This document shows positions 37,448-40,329 of a stretch of 40,329 nucleotides of DNA, one piece after another; within the stretch, counting starts at the first letter, position 1, and each line of letters starts with the position of its first letter. Both the position numbers and the translations under genes were made by a program. The notes beneath the pieces were generated by a model that did not search any database, was not told the origin of the DNA, and saw nothing but the letters and a program-made list of their open reading frames with translations. Where the stretch lies: the sequence record SRR20825019_1239; one strand, given 5' to 3'.

Positions 37448-39400
37448 CTACTGATTCGCCGGCATGTGCTTTTCCATAAACACGACGGTGTCTTCCAGCC
37501 ACTTGCCGTAGTTTTCAAAACCGTATTTTGCCTTATATTCTGTCTCCAAGACGACCTCTGATCCGGAATCTTCCAGGGCCGAAACCATATCTTTTATGAA
37601 GGGATAATAGATGGGCTTAATTTTTGCGATAACCGTGATTAGCACCGGGGCTTTAATCTGGTCGGCCATCTGAATAGGCGACATTCGACTCAGAGGATCA
37701 TTAGGATCATTGGGGTCGCCGACCCGCTCATGCATTCGCACTCGCTCATCCCGGTATAAGCGATCGCGATGGATGACTTCCTTCCAGTCGGTGTATGGGG
37801 AATTGACTATTCCACAGGCGTAAACCTCCGGATTCAGCGCCAATGCGGTCAGGGTGCGAATCCCCGACATGGTGCCTTCACCGACGACGGCAACGCGTTT
37901 GGCGTCGACCAAACCTTTGCTGATGGCCCATTTTACGCCATCGGCGAGATCGGCGATGCTCTCGTCCGTCTTGCGGTAGGCCAGCTGTTTAAACGCATCT
38001 CCATAGCCGGTGGTTCCACGGGCATTGATTCGCAGCACGGCGTAACCCCGGTTGGCAAAAAATTGTGCCGTGCGATCAAAATACCAGGTATTGCGAACCC
38101 AGTATCCTCCGTCATTGAGCACGATAAGAGGAAGGTCTTTGGGTTTCTTATCCACCGGTAAATTCATGTAGCCGTGGATGGTGACGCCATCGCGGGCCTT
38201 GAATTTCAGAGGCCGCATTTTGGACATCTGCTCTGGTTTGATCCAAGGAGTGCTCTTCATTAAGACCGAGAGGGCTTGTTTCTCCCGGTCAAAAAAGTAA
38301 TAGGTGCCGGGATCGCGATCCGACGCGGAGAGGATGATCAATTTTTGCAGGTCATCACTCATGCTGACGATGCTGTTGACTTTACCCTTCAGTGCTTGAT
38401 CGAGGCCGGCCTGCACTTGTCCCAGTCCCTCATCCAACCAGTAAACTCGTGGATAGGCGGTCGTATATCGGATGCCGAGCAATCGCTTTAAATCTGGTGT
38501 GTAGATCAATCCTGCCTGCCATGAAGCATCGGTCTGGGGGATAATATCGTATTCATCATCTTCCAGGATAACCGGACCAAATTCTTTGGTATGCAGGTCG
38601 TAGGGATACACTGCCCAGCGTCCCTGTTTATTGAGTCGGGAAACATACAGCACCTGATCATTCTGCCCGAATCCCAGCGGGCGGACTTGCGGATCATCCC
38701 AGTCCATCCCCGGCAATGCTTTCCAAGCCATCTCTTCGTAATCGCGATAGATGACCCGGTATTTGGTGCCGTCGATTTCTTGAGCCGCCTTGGTTTCTCC
38801 TTCAGAGGTGACCAACCATCTCGTGACGTGGCCGGGGTTTTCCTCTTTAAGGACGACAGTGCCGGTGGTTCCATTCATCATCGCCACCCCGGGTCTGGTC
38901 CAGTCATAGATGGCGTGACCATACGATGTTCCGTCAGTCACGGTGACATTTAAACTCGTTCCCAGGATGCGCTGGTCTTTGTCGTTCCGGAAAAAATATA
39001 AAATCGCCCCTAATTTTAGACGCTGCCCACCGCTCAATTTAGCGGCGGCGTCATTGCCGATGGTGCGGCCTTTCGAACCATCCCGGTTTACTGCCTCAAA
39101 TCCGCGGGGTGTTGAGTAGACCAAGCGTTCATCGCTGATCCAGGTAAAATAGGAGCCCTGGGTTTGAGAGCGCCGGTTGCCAATTAAATTGATGCCGATT
39201 TTCTCTCCGGTTTCGAGGTTCAGAATTCTCAGGATATTCTCACCTTTAATTGTTTCGGAGTAGGCAACGGCTTTCCCATCAGGTGATAGCTTAAAGCCTT
39301 TGAAGGCGTTTTCGTGACTGAGTTCTTCGGTCGGAATCTGTTCGCCATGACTGAGTGGGCAAAGTAGGAGGCAAAATAGTGCAATCAGGGATTTACGCAT
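37448..39400 (-). CDS. Exported S9-family peptidase homologue with degenerate catalytic motifs
   Basis: Same architecture as its neighbour (FKARDG..IHGY, F.ANRGYAVL, RG.TGYG), but DGGY, GEGTMSG and AKYG replace HGGP, GGSFGG and QHG. Confidence 0.85.
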   Translation of the reverse strand: MRKSLIALFCLLLCPLSHGEQIPTEELSHENAFKGFKLSPDGKAVAYSETIKGENILRILNLETGEKIGINLIGNRRSQTQGSYFTWISDERLVYSTPRGFEAVNRDGSKGRTIGNDAAAKLSGGQRLKLGAILYFFRNDKDQRILGTSLNVTVTDGTSYGHAIYDWTRPGVAMMNGTTGTVVLKEENPGHVTRWLVTSEGETKAAQEIDGTKYRVIYRDYEEMAWKALPGMDWDDPQVRPLGFGQNDQVLYVSRLNKQGRWAVYPYDLHTKEFGPVILEDDEYDIIPQTDASWQAGLIYTPDLKRLLGIRYTTAYPRVYWLDEGLGQVQAGLDQALKGKVNSIVSMSDDLQKLIILSASDRDPGTYYFFDREKQALSVLMKSTPWIKPEQMSKMRPLKFKARDGVTIHGYMNLPVDKKPKDLPLIVLNDGGYWVRNTWYFDRTAQFFANRGYAVLRINARGTTGYGDAFKQLAYRKTDESIADLADGVKWAISKGLVDAKRVAVVGEGTMSGIRTLTALALNPEVYACGIVNSPYTDWKEVIHRDRLYRDERVRMHERVGDPNDPNDPLSRMSPIQMADQIKAPVLITVIAKIKPIYYPFIKDMVSALEDSGSEVVLETEYKAKYGFENYGKWLEDTVVFMEKHMPANQ

Positions 39401-39464
39401 ATTATATAAGTGGGGTTATGCATTGAACCCAACGATAGTTCTATGATGATGCAAAGGATAAACT

Positions 39465-40193
39465 ATGACCTCTCTCGCCGACTCTTTCTATACACAATCT
39501 ACAGCGCTGCTTGAAAAGGCACGGTTACATAATCAGCCGGTCATCTCGCGATGCGCGGCATTAATCGGTGAATCGGTGGCGAAGGACGGGGTGCTGCATG
39601 TGTTTGGGAGTGGGCATAGCGAAGTAATCGGCCGTGAAATCATCGGTCGTGCCGGTGGGTTGGCCTGTGTGAGCGGGATCATCGATCCCACGGCGGGTTT
39701 TATCGAAAATCAAGTGGGCTATGGCACTACCCTCGCCGAGCGTTATGACCGGCAGTATCAAATGCTCCCCGGTGAATCGATTATCGTGATCTCCAATTCG
39801 GGCAAAAACAGCGCGCCGATTGAAGTCGCGCTTTATGCCAAGCAAAAGGGGCTCAATGTGATCGGCCTCACTTCGGTGGCGATGTCCTCGAGCGCGAAGA
39901 CGGTCCATCCCGACGGTAAAAAACTGCACGAGATCGCGGATCACACGCTCGATAATCTTGGCGTGCCGGGAGATACCCTGATCGATGTGGGTAACGGGGT
40001 GATGTCCGGTCCGACCTCGACTCTGATCGGTGGAATGCTGCTCAACCTGCTGATGCTCGATGTGATTTCGTGGCTCAAGGACAACGGGCATACAGTGCCG
40101 ACCTTGCGGAGTCAGAACCTCCCGGGAGCGATTGAGCACAACCGGGCGGTCGGCGAAAAATACAAGTATCGGTTGAGCCGACAATTAGCGTGA
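39465..40193 (+). CDS. SIS-domain sugar isomerase-like protein (UPF0309-like)
   Basis: FGSGHS, GRAGGL, ISNSGKN, VIGLTS, GPTST. Confidence 0.85.
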   Translation: MTSLADSFYTQSTALLEKARLHNQPVISRCAALIGESVAKDGVLHVFGSGHSEVIGREIIGRAGGLACVSGIIDPTAGFIENQVGYGTTLAERYDRQYQMLPGESIIVISNSGKNSAPIEVALYAKQKGLNVIGLTSVAMSSSAKTVHPDGKKLHEIADHTLDNLGVPGDTLIDVGNGVMSGPTSTLIGGMLLNLLMLDVISWLKDNGHTVPTLRSQNLPGAIEHNRAVGEKYKYRLSRQLA

Positions 40194-40241
40194 GGCAGGT
40201 GTGTTGTATCCGGGCAAGCTGAGCCCGGAGATAAGCTAAAA

Positions 40242-40329
40242 GGGTGGCTGGGCACATCCCTGTGCCCAGCAGACTGCGGGTATCCCTACCGCAGGCAGCC
40301 TGACGGCGGGCACAGGGACGTGCCCGCCC
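40242..40329. repeat. REP-like inverted repeat pair truncated by the window edge
   Basis: GGGCACATCCCTGTGCCC...GGGCACAGGGACGTGCCCGCCC with inner hairpin CTGCGG...CCGCAG. Confidence 0.7.

Noticed and set aside
1..40329. CRISPR array, tRNA, rRNA, integron or IS element
   Set aside because: No regularly spaced direct repeats, cloverleaf, rRNA-like tract, integrase or transposase seen; the palindromes lack a consistent attC core pattern

Overview
GC-rich bacterial chromosomal segment, probably from Verrucomicrobia/Opitutaceae (inferred from the DUF5069-like and DUF3016-like genes, the Opitutaceae-style TonB receptor N-terminus and the many sulfatases). The left half (63-20375) is a putative sulfated-glycan utilisation region: four Cys-type sulfatases (one fused to an alpha/beta esterase), GH38, GH20, a TonB-dependent receptor, a mutarotase-like protein, a GntR/LacI hybrid regulator and an enolase-superfamily enzyme. 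It is interrupted at 7256-10162 by a more AT-rich insert carrying a complete C-protein-controlled Type II-like restriction-modification module with a readable two-operator switch, an orphan antitoxin and a GNAT. The right half holds housekeeping and stress genes (DEAD-box helicase, RRM protein, Hsp15-like, BON, YdeP-like, gluconokinase, Ntn acylase, upp, DUF481 barrel, methyltransferase, VOC, SIS) and a tandem S9 peptidase pair in which one copy has lost its catalytic motifs. Non-gene signals: I found no GTAC tetramer anywhere in the 40 kb by eye; many intergenic gaps hold different palindromic REP-like elements; a TGTTTC/GAAACA motif recurs in three glycan-locus promoter regions; and a long stem closes next to the RRM start codon. 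No rRNA, tRNA, CRISPR array or transposase was seen. All family calls come from motif recognition, not database searches.
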